Assembly: GCA_964016885.1 (NCBI GenBank)
Contig: OZ024742.1
Location: 246,450,001 to 246,514,000 of the forward strand
Direction of reading: 5' to 3'
Length of the DNA stretch: 64,000 nt
Origin: Eledone cirrhosa
Taxonomy: Eukaryota
The position numbers and the translations under genes are program-made. Position 1 is the first letter of the stretch. Each line of letters opens with the position of its first letter. Below, in pieces: positions 1-18,679 of this stretch. The notes beneath the pieces are model-generated. The model was not told the origin of the DNA. It made no database searches and saw only the letters and a program-made list of their open reading frames with translations.

Positions 1-382
1 AGATCGTAAAGGGACGAAAACTATGCTGGAAAGCATGGCGTCTGGCCCTCTACTGATACTGCCAATCAACCAATAATAATGGCTTCTGATTTAGGCACAA
101 GGTCAAACATTTTCGGAGAAGGGAAGTCAGTCGATTACATCGACCCCAGTGCATTACTGGTGCTTTATTTTATCAACCTCGTAAGGATGAAAGGCAAAAC
201 TAACCTTGGCGCGGCGATATTTGCAATCAGAACGTAAAGGACCATAACTCTATACCGCAAAGCACGGTGTCTGACGCTCTACCGATACTGTCAATGCACC
301 ACCCCAATAATAATTGTTTCTACTTTAGGCACAAGGCCAGCAATTACCCAGTGCATTACTGGTACTTTATTTTATCGACCCC
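1..382 (-). mobile_element. Cluster of three partial tRNA-derived Meta/MESC-core SINE copies (1-66, ~78-305, ~313-382)
   Basis: Reverse complement of the SINE consensus seen elsewhere in the window (…gagttcaaatcccgccgaggttaactttgcctttcatccttacggggtcgataaaataaagtaccagt…gctggccttgtgcctaaagtagaaac), separated by (TAA)n. Confidence 0.85.
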
Positions 383-394
383 TTAATAATAATA

Positions 395-1018
395 ATGCTT
401 TCTTTATTAACCACAAGAGTTTATTACACAAAGTATGACATTAAGGACAATACAGGGCAATACAGGACAATACAGGATGGTACAAATGGGCATTTCTGCG
501 TGTAAAAAAAAACAAAAACAGAGGATGTACCAAAAAAAGGAGGAGGGCGGGAAAATCTTCACGATGGACTCAGCTGATAGCCGGATCCGTCCTACATGCG
601 ACAGCAGGTGTTCGACATAAACCCACAAGTCAGCAATGCTCGGACACTGGACGAGTGCATGCAGGACGGTTTCGTCGCCCTGCGCGCATCTCGGGCATGT
701 TCGGCTGATGGCACTTCTATGCCTGTAGAGTTTATCCCGAACTGGCAAAGCTCCTCGGTAGCACTGCCAGGCCAGGGATCTCTGGAAGTTGTCCATAGGC
801 CCCGGCCCGAAAGTTCTTCCGAAGAGATTGGCTAGTTGATTTTCATTGACGCCCAGAGTCTCCCAAAGTACGTCGTCGCTCTTCCCCTCCACTAATCCTC
901 TATAGATCGCCGAGGTGGAGTTTCCACCGATCGCATTGCTCGACTGGTCGAGGGCTGTGAGCGCCTGAAGACATTCCAGTCTCCAAGCGCTCCCGCTCGG
1001 TCTTCGCTTGACCCAGGA
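395..1018 (-). mobile_element. 5'-truncated L1/Tx1-clade retrotransposon 3' end (zf-RVT C-terminal region + 3' UTR, internal deletion)
   Basis: ORF 407..892 contains RSLAWQCYRGALPVRDKL…TCPRCAQGDETVLHALVQCP (CX2C…H…C zf-RVT of L1/Tx1 ORF2); ends in AATAAAG-(TTA)n tail. Confidence 0.8.
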
Positions 1019-1029
1019 TAATAATAATC

Positions 1030-1245
1030 ATTTCTACTTTAGGCACAAGACCAGCAATGTGGGGGGAGGGGAAACTCGATTAAATCGACCCCAGTGCGTT
1101 ACTGGTACTTTATTTTATCGGCTTCGTATGTATGAAAGTCAAAACTAACCTCGGTGGGATTTGAACTCAGAACATAAATGGCCAAAACTCAATTCCGCAA
1201 AGCATGGTGTCTGACGCTCTACCGATACTGCCAACCCATCGCCCT
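1030..1245 (-). mobile_element. Meta/MESC-core SINE, near full-length
   Basis: tRNA head with B-box (gagttcaaatcc on minus), core and 3' tail as in other copies. Confidence 0.85.
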
Positions 1246-1275
1246 AATAATGATAATATTAATATTAATAATATT

Positions 1276-1321
<46 letters not shown>

Positions 1322-1405
1322 ACGACAACAACAACGACAACAACAACAACGACAAAAACAACAACAACAACAACAACAGCAGCAGCAGCAGCAGCAGGCA
1401 ACAAT
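1246..1405. repeat. (AAT)/(AAC)/(AGC) compound microsatellite
   Basis: Direct reading; source of the poly-N/T/L ORFs. Confidence 0.95.
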
Positions 1406-1741
1406 AGTAAATGGCAATGTTAAACGACAAGCAATAAAGATGAGAAAACTAGATTTTTTTCTTAGAGCAGGCAATTTGAATTTATGAAAAGAGCTCATTT
1501 TATGAAAGTAGAATGTATTGTTAAGGTTGTTTTATAATATAGCTATTTGCTGCGGGACTGATTAATAAACTTCCGCCTAGTTTATGAGAGAGAACTAATT
1601 TAAGACGCCATATTTTAATATGTATATTTTCTAATAATGTAAGTTAATGTTTAATTTTAGATATAATACCTGAATAATGGCAGCGGCAACGAATTGGAGT
1701 AGGTAAGTTTTGTTGTAAGCCAATGTCGATGAGTTTATATG

Positions 1742-1784
<43 letters not shown>

Positions 1785-1807
1785 TATATATATATATACA
1801 CACACAC

Positions 1808-1838
<31 letters not shown>

Positions 1839-2092
1839 AAGAGAGATATTATAAATTGGAACTAGTAAGAGCATTATTCAAATTAGTACTCCATATATTA
1901 GATGATAGTAGAATGTAGATACTATTCTAAAATATATGCATACACACACACACACACACACTCAGTGAGGCACATTATTAATACTCTGAATATGAATAAT
2001 TCTTTCATATTCATTGAGCTGCTGTTTGGGAATAATGTTTACACAAAGAAGTAACATTGCTTTAGACAAACGAGCCGTTATTTATAATAATA

Positions 2093-2275
2093 ATTGTTTC
2101 TAATTTTGGCACAAGGCCAGCAGTTATCCAGTACATTACTGGTACTTTATTTTATCGACTCCGTAAGGATGAAAGGCAAAGTTGACCTAGGCGGGATTTG
2201 AACTCAGAATGGAAAGGGCCATAACTCTATGCGTCAAAGCATGGTGTCTGACTCTCTACCGATACTGCCAATCCA
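2093..2275 (-). mobile_element. Meta/MESC-core SINE
   Basis: Matches window SINE consensus. Confidence 0.85.
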
Positions 2276-2280
2276 ATGAT

Positions 2281-2685
<405 letters not shown>

Positions 2686-3219
2686 GAGCAATTTGTGTTG
2701 AGACTGAGTATCCGTCACGTAATTCAAAAGCAATAGATTTAGCTTAGCTTTTATAGATAGACCTACAGACAGACAAGAATTCCTGAGACTACACCGAAGA
2801 AAAAGGCATAGATTAACGTTTAACGTTGCAATGTTTGGCAATATATCAGTGGAGTTCTGGCTGGCAAGGTAGCCATCTTTAGCAGCCATCAACAAAAGAC
2901 GCTGCCTATGAATACTAAACAAGCTGCGCACGAAACACCGAATACAAATATCACCGAATTCAATTACAGATTTTAATTATCAAAATTTGGGATTTTCCTC
3001 AACTGGAAGGCTTCATAAATTCCTGAGGCACTCCCAACTTTAGTATCTTTCAAATAAATCTCGCTATTAAGAAGAATTTATGGAAACATATTCCAATCTG
3101 ATTATAACTATTCTTAGTTGAATCCTGCTCAATATTTTCTTTTAATGTTCTTCTTTCTTCTGACCTTCAGTGAATTTATATTTTTGTCTTTGTCATTGTT
3201 GCTGCTGCTGATATTTTGC

Positions 3220-3268
<49 letters not shown>

Positions 3269-3307
3269 CTTCTTCTTCTTCTTCTTCTTCTTCTTCTTCT
3301 TCTTCTT

Positions 3308-3338
<31 letters not shown>

Positions 3339-3364
3339 TTATTATTATTATTTGTTATTTTATT

Positions 3365-3473
3365 TCAACCTCTGTTTTTTTACACGCAGAAATGCCCATT
3401 TGTACCGTCCTGTATTGTCCTGTACTGTCCTTAATGTCTACTTTATGTAAACCCTTGTGGTTAATAAAGAAAA

Positions 3474-3478
<5 letters not shown>
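3365..3478 (+). mobile_element. Short 3' UTR remnant of the same L1/Tx1 family as 395-1018
   Basis: ttttttacacgcagaaatgcccatttgtacc…cttgtggttaataaagaaaac is the reverse complement of ~398-510; ends in (TTA)n. Confidence 0.8.
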
Positions 3479-3532
<54 letters not shown>

Positions 3533-3535
<3 letters not shown>

Positions 3536-6500
3536 TTTGAGTCTCAGTCATTGATGTTAGTTAACTGGAAAGTTTGTTGAAATGAATATCAAGCCACTAC
3601 CTGCAGCCTCAGATATTCAGGACGTATCGGAGGGTTCTTGCTGTTCCCAGCAAGCATGCCTTTTGAAGCGTTCCAAAAAGCGTGAAGGGGCCAATTTTCT
3701 TTAACCATCCCTGGAAACTTTTTGAGATAGTCCCTATTGCGCCTATGACAATCGGGACCACTTTGACTTCATGGCAGTTCCAAATCCTTTTTACCACACA
3801 CTTTAAGTCCTGGTATCGGTTACTTTTCTCTCTGTCCTTCTCTTGCACTCTCGAGTCGAATGGGCAGGCCACATTCACAATCAGGCACGATCTTTTTTCT
3901 TTGTCCACAACCACCAGGTCAGGTCTATTGTGTTCCAGTTTCTTGTCCGTCTGTATCCTAAAATCCCACAGCACCTTCACCTGATCGTTTTCTATCACCG
4001 ACTCTGGCTTATGCTCATACCACTTCTCAGCATGTGGTAAATTGGATCACCCTGCCCATCACATCATGTCTCCAGCCCTTATAGTGAGTCTGGGCTAGGT
4101 GTTTACACTCGGATACAATGTGAGCCACAGTCTCCTCTCTCTCTCTCCACAGATCCTGCACAGTGGGCTAGCCTCCTCCTTGTAAATATGGTGTTTCAAT
4201 CACTTCGTTTTGAGGGCCTGCTCTTGCGCAGCCATTAACATTCCTTCTGTAGCCTTTTTAAGGTCTCCTCTTTTCAACCAGTTCCATGTCTGTGGATCTC
4301 TGAATTCAGTTTTCTCAAAGAAGGTACTATGAAGGGATTTTTTCCTGAAGGCTGCTCTTTCTCCTTGCTGTTATTTCCTCCTTGGACATCCCCTGGTCTA
4401 TTGTCCTCTCCTTCAGTACAGTTCTGAGCATTGGCTCCTTACTATCAGTTACGTATTTGTGTAGGTTGTTTTTCTCCATCTGAACACATCCTCTATGCTG
4501 ATAAGATCTCTTCCACCTTCATATCTCCTTAAGTAGAGACTATCGACATCACTCCTCTTGTAGAACATGTTGTAGATAGTCAATAGCTTCCTAGTCTTCC
4601 TATCCATTTCTTTTTGTTCAGCAACATTCCATCTCAGAGTTCCCGCACTGTACCTAATAATAGACACAGCTCGGGAATTTACTGCACTTATGGCATTCCT
4701 ACTGTTCAGATGTGACTTTAATACGCTCCTTACTCTCCGAATGTATTCAGTTCTTATCAATTCCTTCATTTTTTTGTTCTTGATGTCATCAGCCTCCAGA
4801 ACACCCAAATACTTGTATCCCTCCTCAGTGTCAATCTCCTTTATCATCTCACCTGTTGGTACCTGGATTCCGTTACTTCTGCTCAATTTACCCCTCTTCA
4901 TCACAAGGACTCCACACTTACTAATACCAAATTGCATACATATATCATTGCTGAAAATACGGACAGTGTCAACAAGCACATCCAACTCCTTCTCACTCTT
5001 CCCGAAGAGCTTAAGATCGTCCATGAAGAGGAGGTGATTGATGGTAAGCTCTCCCTTTCCCAACTTGTATCCTGCTCTCACGTTTCGCAGTACACTGGTC
5101 AGGGGCATCAGGGCAAGGACAAACAACAGAGGGGACAGACTATCTCCCTGGAAGATACCACTCTTGATCTTCACGCTTCCCAAGGATTCTCCAGTTGATG
5201 TTAACTCTGTTTCCCAGGACTTCATACTTTTGCCCAACAACTGTCTGATGTTATCTGCCACCTTGAAGATCTCCAAGAATGAGGCACCATGTCAAATGCC
5301 TTTTTGTAGTCTATCCATCCCATGGCAAGACCAGTGTGTCTTCTCTTGCAATTCCTCATTATCATCTTATCAATAAGTAACTGGTCCTTTGTACCACGTG
5401 ACTTCTTTCGGCATCCTTTCTGTTCGTCCGGTAACAAGTTGTTTGTGTGGAGGTGATGGTAGATTTCCTCGGACATAATGCTTGTCAACAGTTTCCACAT
5501 TACGGACAGACATGTGATAGGTCTATAGTTGGTAACATCATTACCCTTGATTCGGTCTTTCATTATCAGAACTGTGGTACCTTTTGTCAACCACTCTGGT
5601 ACCTCACCTGACATCAAGCAGTCATTGAACATGGTTGTCAGTTTCGGGTGGAGGGATGTTATATTTTTTATCCAATACCCCTGCACACCATCTGGGCCTG
5701 GTGATTTCCAGTTGGTTAGTTTTTTGTCCTGCCCCTTAAGAGTTTCAACTGCGATACTCAAATCAGTTTGTTGGTGTGCCTGTTCACTAATCTCCTTCTG
5801 TACTGTCTCAATCCACACTGCCTGGTCATTATGTTTAACATCCTGCTCCCATATTCCTCTCCAGAATGTTTTAGTTTGTTCCGCCTCAGGGATCAAGTCG
5901 TTGCCTCTTTCTTTCCCTTCAAGCTATCCAAACCGCATCTTCTGGTTGTTGTCGAACATGCGGTTCTGTCTATACTGACTGACTCTGTTCTCGTATCGCC
6001 TGATTTTTGTACTCTTTGCTACAATGCGTTGCTTCAGTTCCTCTATAATAATATTTTGCTTTTTCCTCCTAGTTTTGTACTTTATTTCCAGTCTATTTTT
6101 AGTGTCTATGTTTTTTAGTGTCCCATTCAGTAGGGACTCAAGCTTTCCTATGTCATTTCTCATTTCCCTGATTTGACCACTCAGTCGTTTCTTCCACCAA
6201 GGCTCTGATCTTTCTTGTCTGTTGTTTCCTCTCGTTTTTATACCAAGTAGTTTCCTCACCGTATTTGCTGTTGCTTTGAGGATATTGTTGCACTGGTGAA
6301 GGCTCCTCGCCTCAAGGTATGGGATGACTTTGTTTACCCTAGCTGTTGTTTCTTTTAACTTTTTCCTGTCTACAAATCTTAGGTTCATAGGTTTCCCACT
6401 ATCATTGTTCAATTCATCTACCACTAAGTTTAGGATATCAACCAAATATTGTCCTAGCCCGTCAGCATTCATCTCCTCAGTGGCCGTATCTCTGTTCCAG

Positions 6501-8416
6501 GTATTATTTATCTCAGCATTCAGATCATTGTCTGCTTGGGGTGGTTCCTCCGTTCTCTCGACCTCTTCACCTTCATTTCCCACTGGCTCGTTTGCCTGGC
6601 ATACTCCACTCTCCATCTCCAAGCTAATCTCTCTGCTCAGTTCCTCCAGTTCCAGCTCGCTTATCCACACATTAGTTCTTCTTACCCGAGCCTGCCAGGC
6701 CAATTTTTGTTCATCTAATTTAAATAGACCAATCTCGTTCCAGATGTTATGCATCCGTTTCCTATAGCCTTACTCCTTGGGGTTACTCTTCAGGTAACAT
6801 TGCATAACAGTTCTATTCAATTCTTTCGTCCAGTTGGTTCTGGTCCCTTTCCTTCTTCTTCTTCCTCCGACACCAGCAGTATTTGGTTGACAGCCAGGTC
6901 CCTGCTGCTGAGCCAGGGAGCACCTGTTGGGTGAGAGTCTGTCACATGACATTCTAGTCTCCATTTCACCGTTATTCGAACTGTTTATGTTCGACATTTA
7001 AACACTCTTATCGAGGATTGGCGAATGTATGGTTACATAACCACCGGTGATTTCATCACCTCCGGCGATTTCGTCACTCCCGGTGATTTTTTTGTGACAT
7101 TATCACGCTGTAGACGAACATAAATAAACAAACAAGCAAACAGGCAAAAAAACCCCCAAAAAATGAATAAGCATAAGTTTCATTGTAATGTAATGTTTGA
7201 ATGTCTGACTTAGTTTTTCCCTTCCCTTCTCTGTCCGTCTGTTTGTTTTTCTCTGCATTTTTCTTTTCTTTGCATTTTTTGTTGTTGCTGTGCTGCTTTG
7301 ATTTTGATTTTTGGTTTTTTGATTTTGACCGGGTCATCAATTCAGTCTATTTATATATTTTGATACCATCCTCTTTTAGTGGGGACACTACGATATAGCA
7401 GGGGGTAGCGGGAGAGAATAGCGGCGGTAGTGATAATGAGGCAGTGGTGATGGTGGTGGTGGCGGTGCTGTGCTAGCAGCACCTAGCAGGCGGCAGTGGG
7501 AGAGAATAGCAGCGGTAGCGATAATGAGGCAGTGGTGGTGGTGATGTGATCGTAGTACTGTAGTGATGGTGTTGAAGTTGGAGTAGAAATAGCGGTTGAG
7601 GCGACTCTACCAGAGTTTTCATCGTGGTAGTGGTGGTGGTGTTGGTGGTGAAATTATCTTTAGATATTTAACTATTTAGTCATTTTGCCATTTTTCTCCT
7701 TTTCGACTCTAACATTCCTGATCCAAAATTAAATATTAATCTTGTTTATTAATATTGTCTAGTGATACCGCCACCTTCCCCTTTCGTAAGTTAACAGAAG
7801 GTAATGGGGGAATAGCGGTGGTAGCAATGAAGGAGTGGTGGCGGCGGTGATGGGATAGTGGTAGTAATGATGGATGGGTAGTGGCGACAGTGACTGTAGT
7901 GATGGCGTTGTCGTTACTGAGTTTTGTTGAATAGACTGTATTTTTGTTTGATCGGTGAATCTATGGGGTTAGTCGCGTATATGTGTTGACATATTTCTTT
8001 AATATTGGAATTAAACATTTTGTGAAGACTTGAGACAATAATAATAGTAATTATAATTATTATGCTGGGATTGGTGGTGGTGGTGGTGAAATTGCCGTTA
8101 TCTGGCTGTTGTATTTAGTGTACACAGAGGAGTGATGGGGTAGGTGGTGTATCTAGTTTGTGGTGTTGGTGAAATTGCTGTTATTTGGCTGTTCTATATA
8201 GTGTAGACAGAGGGGGTTTTCTTCCATTTATAACCATTTTCTTTTTTGAATGTAAAATGTATAATACAAAATTGAATATTTGAGCGATATAACAATATAT
8301 TATGGATCCGAATCTTCCTGAGGCTTGAGTCTGGTGCTTTATGCATCATTTGTACTAAGAATTGTTATTTCACAATTGATTTAAATATGTTAAAAATCAA
8401 AAACTTACGGGAGCGA

Positions 8417-8420
<4 letters not shown>
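3533..8420 (-). mobile_element. R4/Dong-clade RLE non-LTR retrotransposon, copy 1 (full length, disabled)
   Basis: ORF pieces 6770-6997, 5924-6754, 5222-5896, 4449-5276 and 3609-3998 are colinear with the intact 1130-aa ORF; stops near 6770 and 5924, deletions near 5278 and 4043; ~1.4-kb 5' region shared with copy 2; (TAA)n at both ends. Confidence 0.92.
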
Positions 8421-8457
<37 letters not shown>

Positions 8458-8464
8458 GTTATTA

Positions 8465-13089
<4,625 letters not shown>

Positions 13090-13125
13090 TTTATGTCAAC
13101 CCTCGTGGTTAATAAAGAAAACACT

Positions 13126-13312
13126 AGGTGGATTGGCAGTATCGGTAGAAGGACGGACACCATGCTTTGACGCTTAGAGTTACGGCCCTTGCCATTCTGA
13201 GTCCAAATCCCACGGAGGTTAACTTTGCCTTTCATCCTTACGGGGTCGATAAAATAAAGTACCAGTAATACACTGGGATAATTGCTGGCCTTGTACCAAA
13301 AGTAGAAACAAT
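13126..13312 (+). mobile_element. Meta/MESC-core SINE, preceded by a ~35-bp Tx1 3'-end remnant (13088-13125)
   Basis: SINE consensus match; actttatgtcaaccctcgtggttaataaagaaaac matches the Tx1 3' end. Confidence 0.85.
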
Positions 13313-13329
13313 TATTATTATTGTTATAA

Positions 13330-16300
13330 TTCTCTGTGTCTCAGTCATTGATGTTATTCAACTGGAAAGTTTGTTGAAATGAATATCAAGCCACTACCTG
13401 CAGCCTCAGACATTCAGGATGTATCAGAGGGTTCTTGTTGTTCCCAGAAAGCATGCCTTTTGAAGTGTTCCAAAAAGCGCCGCTGGACTAATCTTCTTTA
13501 ACCATCTTTGAAAACTCTTTGAGATAGTACCTAGTGCGCCTATGACAATCAGGACGACCTTGATTTCATGGGAGTTCCAAATACTTTTTAACTCCCACTT
13601 TAAATCCTGGTATCGGTTAATTTTCTCCCTCTCCTTTTCTTGCATTCTCGAGTCAAATGGGCAGGCTACATCTACAATCAGACAAGACCTTTTTTCCTTG
13701 TCAAAACCACCAGGTCAGGCCTATTGTGTTTTAATTTCTTGTCCGTCTGTATCCTAAAATCCCATAGCACCTTCACTTCATCTGGCTTATGCTCATACCA
13801 CTTTCCAGAAAATTGTTTAGTTTGCATAGATGCAAGTGAATCACCTTTCCTATTATATCATGTCTCCAGCCTTTATGGTGAGTCTGGGCTAGGTGTTTAC
13901 ACTCGGATACAGTGTGATCTACAGTCTCCTCTCTCTTTCCACAGGTCCTACTCAGTGAGCTAGTCTTCTCCTTGTCAATATGGTGTTTCACCCACTTCGA
14001 AGCCATTAGCATTCATTTTTTAGCTTTTTTAAGGTTTCCTCTTTTTAACCAGTTCCATGTCTGTGGATCTCTGAATTCTGTTTTCGTAAAGGGATTTTTC
14101 ATGAAGGTTGCTTTTCCTCCTTGTTGCAATTTCTTCCTTGGACATCCTCTGGTCTATTGTCTTCTCCTTCAGTACAACTTTGAGCATTGGCTCCCTACTG
14201 TCAGACACATATTTGTGCAGACTCTTTTTCTCCATCTGAACACAGCCATCTATGCCGATAAGACCTCTTCCACCTTCAGATCTCTTTAAGTAGAATCTAT
14301 CAACATCACTCCTCTTGTGGAACATGCTGTAGATAGTCATTAGCTTCCTAGTCTTCCTATCCATTTCTTTTTGTTCAGTAACATTCCATTTCAGAATTCC
14401 CGCACTGTACCTAATAATAGACACAGCTCGGGAATTTACTACACTTATGACATTCCTACTATTTAGATGTGATTTTAGTATGTTCCTTACTCTCCTTATG
14501 TATTCAGATCTTATCTATTCCTTCATTTTTTTTGTTATTGATGTCATCCAGAACATCCAAATATTTGTATCCCTCTTCAGCGTCAATTTCCTTTAGCATC
14601 TCTCCTGTTGGTATCTGGATTCCGTTGCTTCTGTTCAATTTACCCCTCTTCGTAACTAGGATTCCACACTTATTAACACCAAATTCGATACATATATCAT
14701 TGCTGAAAATACGGACAGTGTTAACAAGTACATCCAACTCTTTCTCACTTTTCCCAAAGAGTTTTAGATCGTCCATGAAGAGGTGGTGGTTGATGGTAAG
14801 CTCTCCTCTTCTCAGCTTGTATCCTGCTCTCACTTTTCGCAATATGAGGGACAAGGGTATGAAGGTAAGGACAAACAACAAAGGGGACAAACTATCTCCC
14901 TGGAAGATATCTCTCTTGATCTTCACGCCTCATAAGGATTCGCCACCTGATATTAGCTCTGTTTCCCAGGACTTCATACTTTTACTTAATAGCTCTCTGA
15001 TGTTGTCTGCCACCTTGAAGATCTCTAGGTTTTTGGTTATCCAAGAATGAGGTGCCATGTCGAATGCCTTTTTGTAATCTATCCATCCCATGCCCCCTCT
15101 TGCAATTCCTTATTACCATCTTATCAATAAGTAACTGGTCTTTTGTACAACGGGACTTCTTTCGGCATCCTTTCTGTTCGTCCGGTAACAAGTTGTTTAT
15201 GTGGAGGTGATAGTAGATTTCCCCAGAAACAATGCTTGTTCCAGAACTGTGGTACCTTTTGCCAAGCACTTTGGGACATCAAGCAGTCATTGAACATGGC
15301 TGTCAGTTTTGGGTGGAGGGATGTTATATTTTTTATGCAATATCCTTGCACACCATCTGGGTTTGGTGATTTCCAGTTGGTTAGTTTTTTGGCCTGCTCG
15401 TTAAGAGTTTCAGCTGTGATACTCAAATCAGGTTGTTGGTGTGCTTTGTCACTAATCTCCTTTTGAATTCTCTCAATCCACACTGCCTGACTATTATGTT
15501 CAACATCCTGCTCCCATATTCCTCTCCAGAATGTCTTAGTCTGTTCAGCCACAGGTATCACGTCGTTATCTCTTTCTTTCCCTTCAAGCTGTTCAAATAA
15601 CATCTTCTGGCTGTTGTCAAACATGCGGTTCTGTCTATACTGACTAACTCTGTTCTCATACCGCCTAATCTTTGCACTTTTTGCTACTATGCGTTGCTTC
15701 AGTTCCTCTATGATAATATTTAGCTCTTTTCCCCTAGTTTCGTATTTTATTTTCAATCTATCTTTAGTGTCTATGTTTTGTAATGTCCCGTTCAGTAAAG
15801 ACTCAAGCTTTCCAATGTCTTTTCTCATTTCCTTGATTTGACCATTCAGTCGTTTCTTCTACCAAGGTTCTGTTCTGATCTTTCTTGTTTATTGTTTCCT
15901 CTCGTTTTTATACCAAGTAATTTCCTCACCGCATTTGCGGTTGCTTTGAGGATATTGTTGCACTGGTGAAGGTTCCTCGCCTCAAGGTATGGGATGATTT
16001 TGTTTACCTTTGCTGTCGTTTCTTTTAACTTTTTCCTGTCTACAAATCTTAGGTTCATAGGTTTCCCACAATCATTGTTCATTTCATCTACCACTAAGTT
16101 CAGAATATCAACAAAATATTGCCCTAGCCCGTCAGCATTCATTTCCTCAATGGCCGTGTCTTTGTTCCAGATGTTATCTATTTTAGCATTCAGATCATTG
16201 TCTGCTTCGGTTGCTTCCTCAGGTCGCTCAACCTCTTCACCTTCATTTCCCACTGGCTCGTTTGCCTGGCATACTCCACACTCCATTTCCAACCTAATCT

Positions 16301-16740
16301 CTCTGCTCAATTCCTCCAGTTCCAACTCGCTTATCCATCCATTAGTTTTTATTACACGAGCCTGACCGGACAATTTTTGTTCAACTAATTTAAATAAACC
16401 AATCTCGTTCCAGATATTATGCATCCGTTCCCTATAGCCTTTTTCCATGGGGTTACTCTTCAGGTAACATTTCATGACAGTTCTGTTCAATTCTTTCGTC
16501 CAGTTGGTTCTTGTCCCAGTCATTCTTCTTCATCCAACACCAGCAGTATTTGGATGACAGCCAGGTCCCTGCTGCTGTGCCAGGGAGCACTTGCTGGGTG
16601 AGAGTCTTTCACGGGACGTTCCAGCCTCCTTTTCACCGTTATTCGAACTGTTTAGGTTCAACATTTAAACACTCATATCGAGGATTAGTGAATTTATGAT
16701 TGCACCACCACCAGTGTTTTTAGCGTGACATCATCACGTT
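13330..16740 (-). mobile_element. R4/Dong-clade retrotransposon, copy 3 (older, many frameshifts and deletions, 5' UTR truncated)
   Basis: ORF fragments 15846-16523, 15124-15828, 14504-14926, 14029-14424 and 13424-13645 colinear with copy 2. Confidence 0.9.
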
Positions 16741-16807
16741 GAAAAACGAAAAAATTAAGTTTCGGGGCAATTTACGTGACATTTATGTATCATTATTTTT
16801 TGTGCTG

Positions 16808-17752
16808 TGAATTGGCAGTATCGGTAGAGGGTTGGACGCCATGCTTTCTAGCATAGTTACGTCCCTTTACAGTCTGAGTTCAAATCCCGCCGAGGTTAAC
16901 TTTGCCTTTCATCCTTACGGGGTCGATAAAATAAAGTACCAGTAATGTACTGGGTAATTGCTGGCCTTGTGCCTAAAGTAGAAATAATTATTTTTTGTGC
17001 TGTTGTGGATTGGCAGTATCGGTAGAGAGTCGGACGCCATGCTTTCCATCATAGTTATATCCCTTTACGGTCTGAGTTCAAATCCCGTCGAGGTTAACTT
17101 TGCCTTTCATCCTTACGGGGTCGATAAAATAAAGTACCAATAATGCACTGGGTAATTGCTGGCCTTGTGCCAAAAGTAGAAACAATTATTTTTTGTGCTG
17201 TTTTTAATGTTTTCCTAATGTGAATCCTGTTTATAAGTCATTACTATTATCTGACGGAGTTGATAAAACAGAGCCCCAGCAATATACTGGGATAATTGCT
17301 GGCCCTGTGCCAAAAGCAGAAACAACCACCATCATCATCATCAGCGTCTACAATTTATGGTATGAACACAAATCCTGCAGAAGTTACAATCGCTGGCCCT
17401 GTGCCCAAAGCAGATACAATTATTAGGGTTGGACGCCATGCTTTCTAGCATAGTTACGTCCCTTTACAATCTGAGTTCAAATCCCACCGAGGTTAACTTT
17501 GCCTTTCATCCTTACTGGGTCGATAAAATAAAGTACCAGTAATGTACTGGATAATTGCTGGCCTTGTGCCTAAAGTAGAAACAATTATTATCAGCATCTG
17601 CCATTTATGGTCCTAGCACATTATTATTATTATGGTGGTGGATTTCAAATCCCGTCGAGGTAAGTTTGCCTTTCATCCTTACGGGGTCGATAAAATAAAG
17701 TACCAGTAATGCACTGAGATAATTTCTGGCCTTGTGCCAAAAGTAGAAACAA
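16808..17752 (+). mobile_element. Tandem cluster of 4-5 Meta/MESC-core SINEs (16808-16985, 17005-17183, 17250-17325 partial, 17425-17583, 17645-17752)
   Basis: Repeated SINE consensus in the same orientation. Confidence 0.88.
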
Positions 17753-17769
17753 TTATTATGGTGGTGGAT

Positions 17770-17900
17770 TACAGACGCCAGGGAAACGCCACTGTAGTTG
17801 TTGGTGTCAGAGAGATATCCCTTCTTTTGTACTAGGACGATGTTACTGATCCTACACTGATCCGGAGCAACTCCTTTCTCCCAGTGCCTGGTTACAAAAC
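17770..17900 (-). pseudogene. RTE-like LINE reverse-transcriptase fragment
   Basis: WEKGVAPDQCRISNIVLVQKKGYLSDTNNYSGVSL resembles the conserved P..W….I..I.KKG..SD..NYRGISL RT N-terminal motif. Confidence 0.6.
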
Positions 17901-17959
17901 TCCAGGTTATCATCAACATCCTACGTCTTCATCACCTCTGATGTCACTCCATCTTCTCC

Positions 17960-18545
<586 letters not shown>

Positions 18546-18679
18546 TGTATATATATATATATACATACACACACGCATGCGCACCTCAAAATGCATCAGT
18601 GTATATCAACATACGTGGATATAACATATATTGGGTGCGTGGAAAATTATTTTTAGATCATACAGGAAGAATGGAGGAG

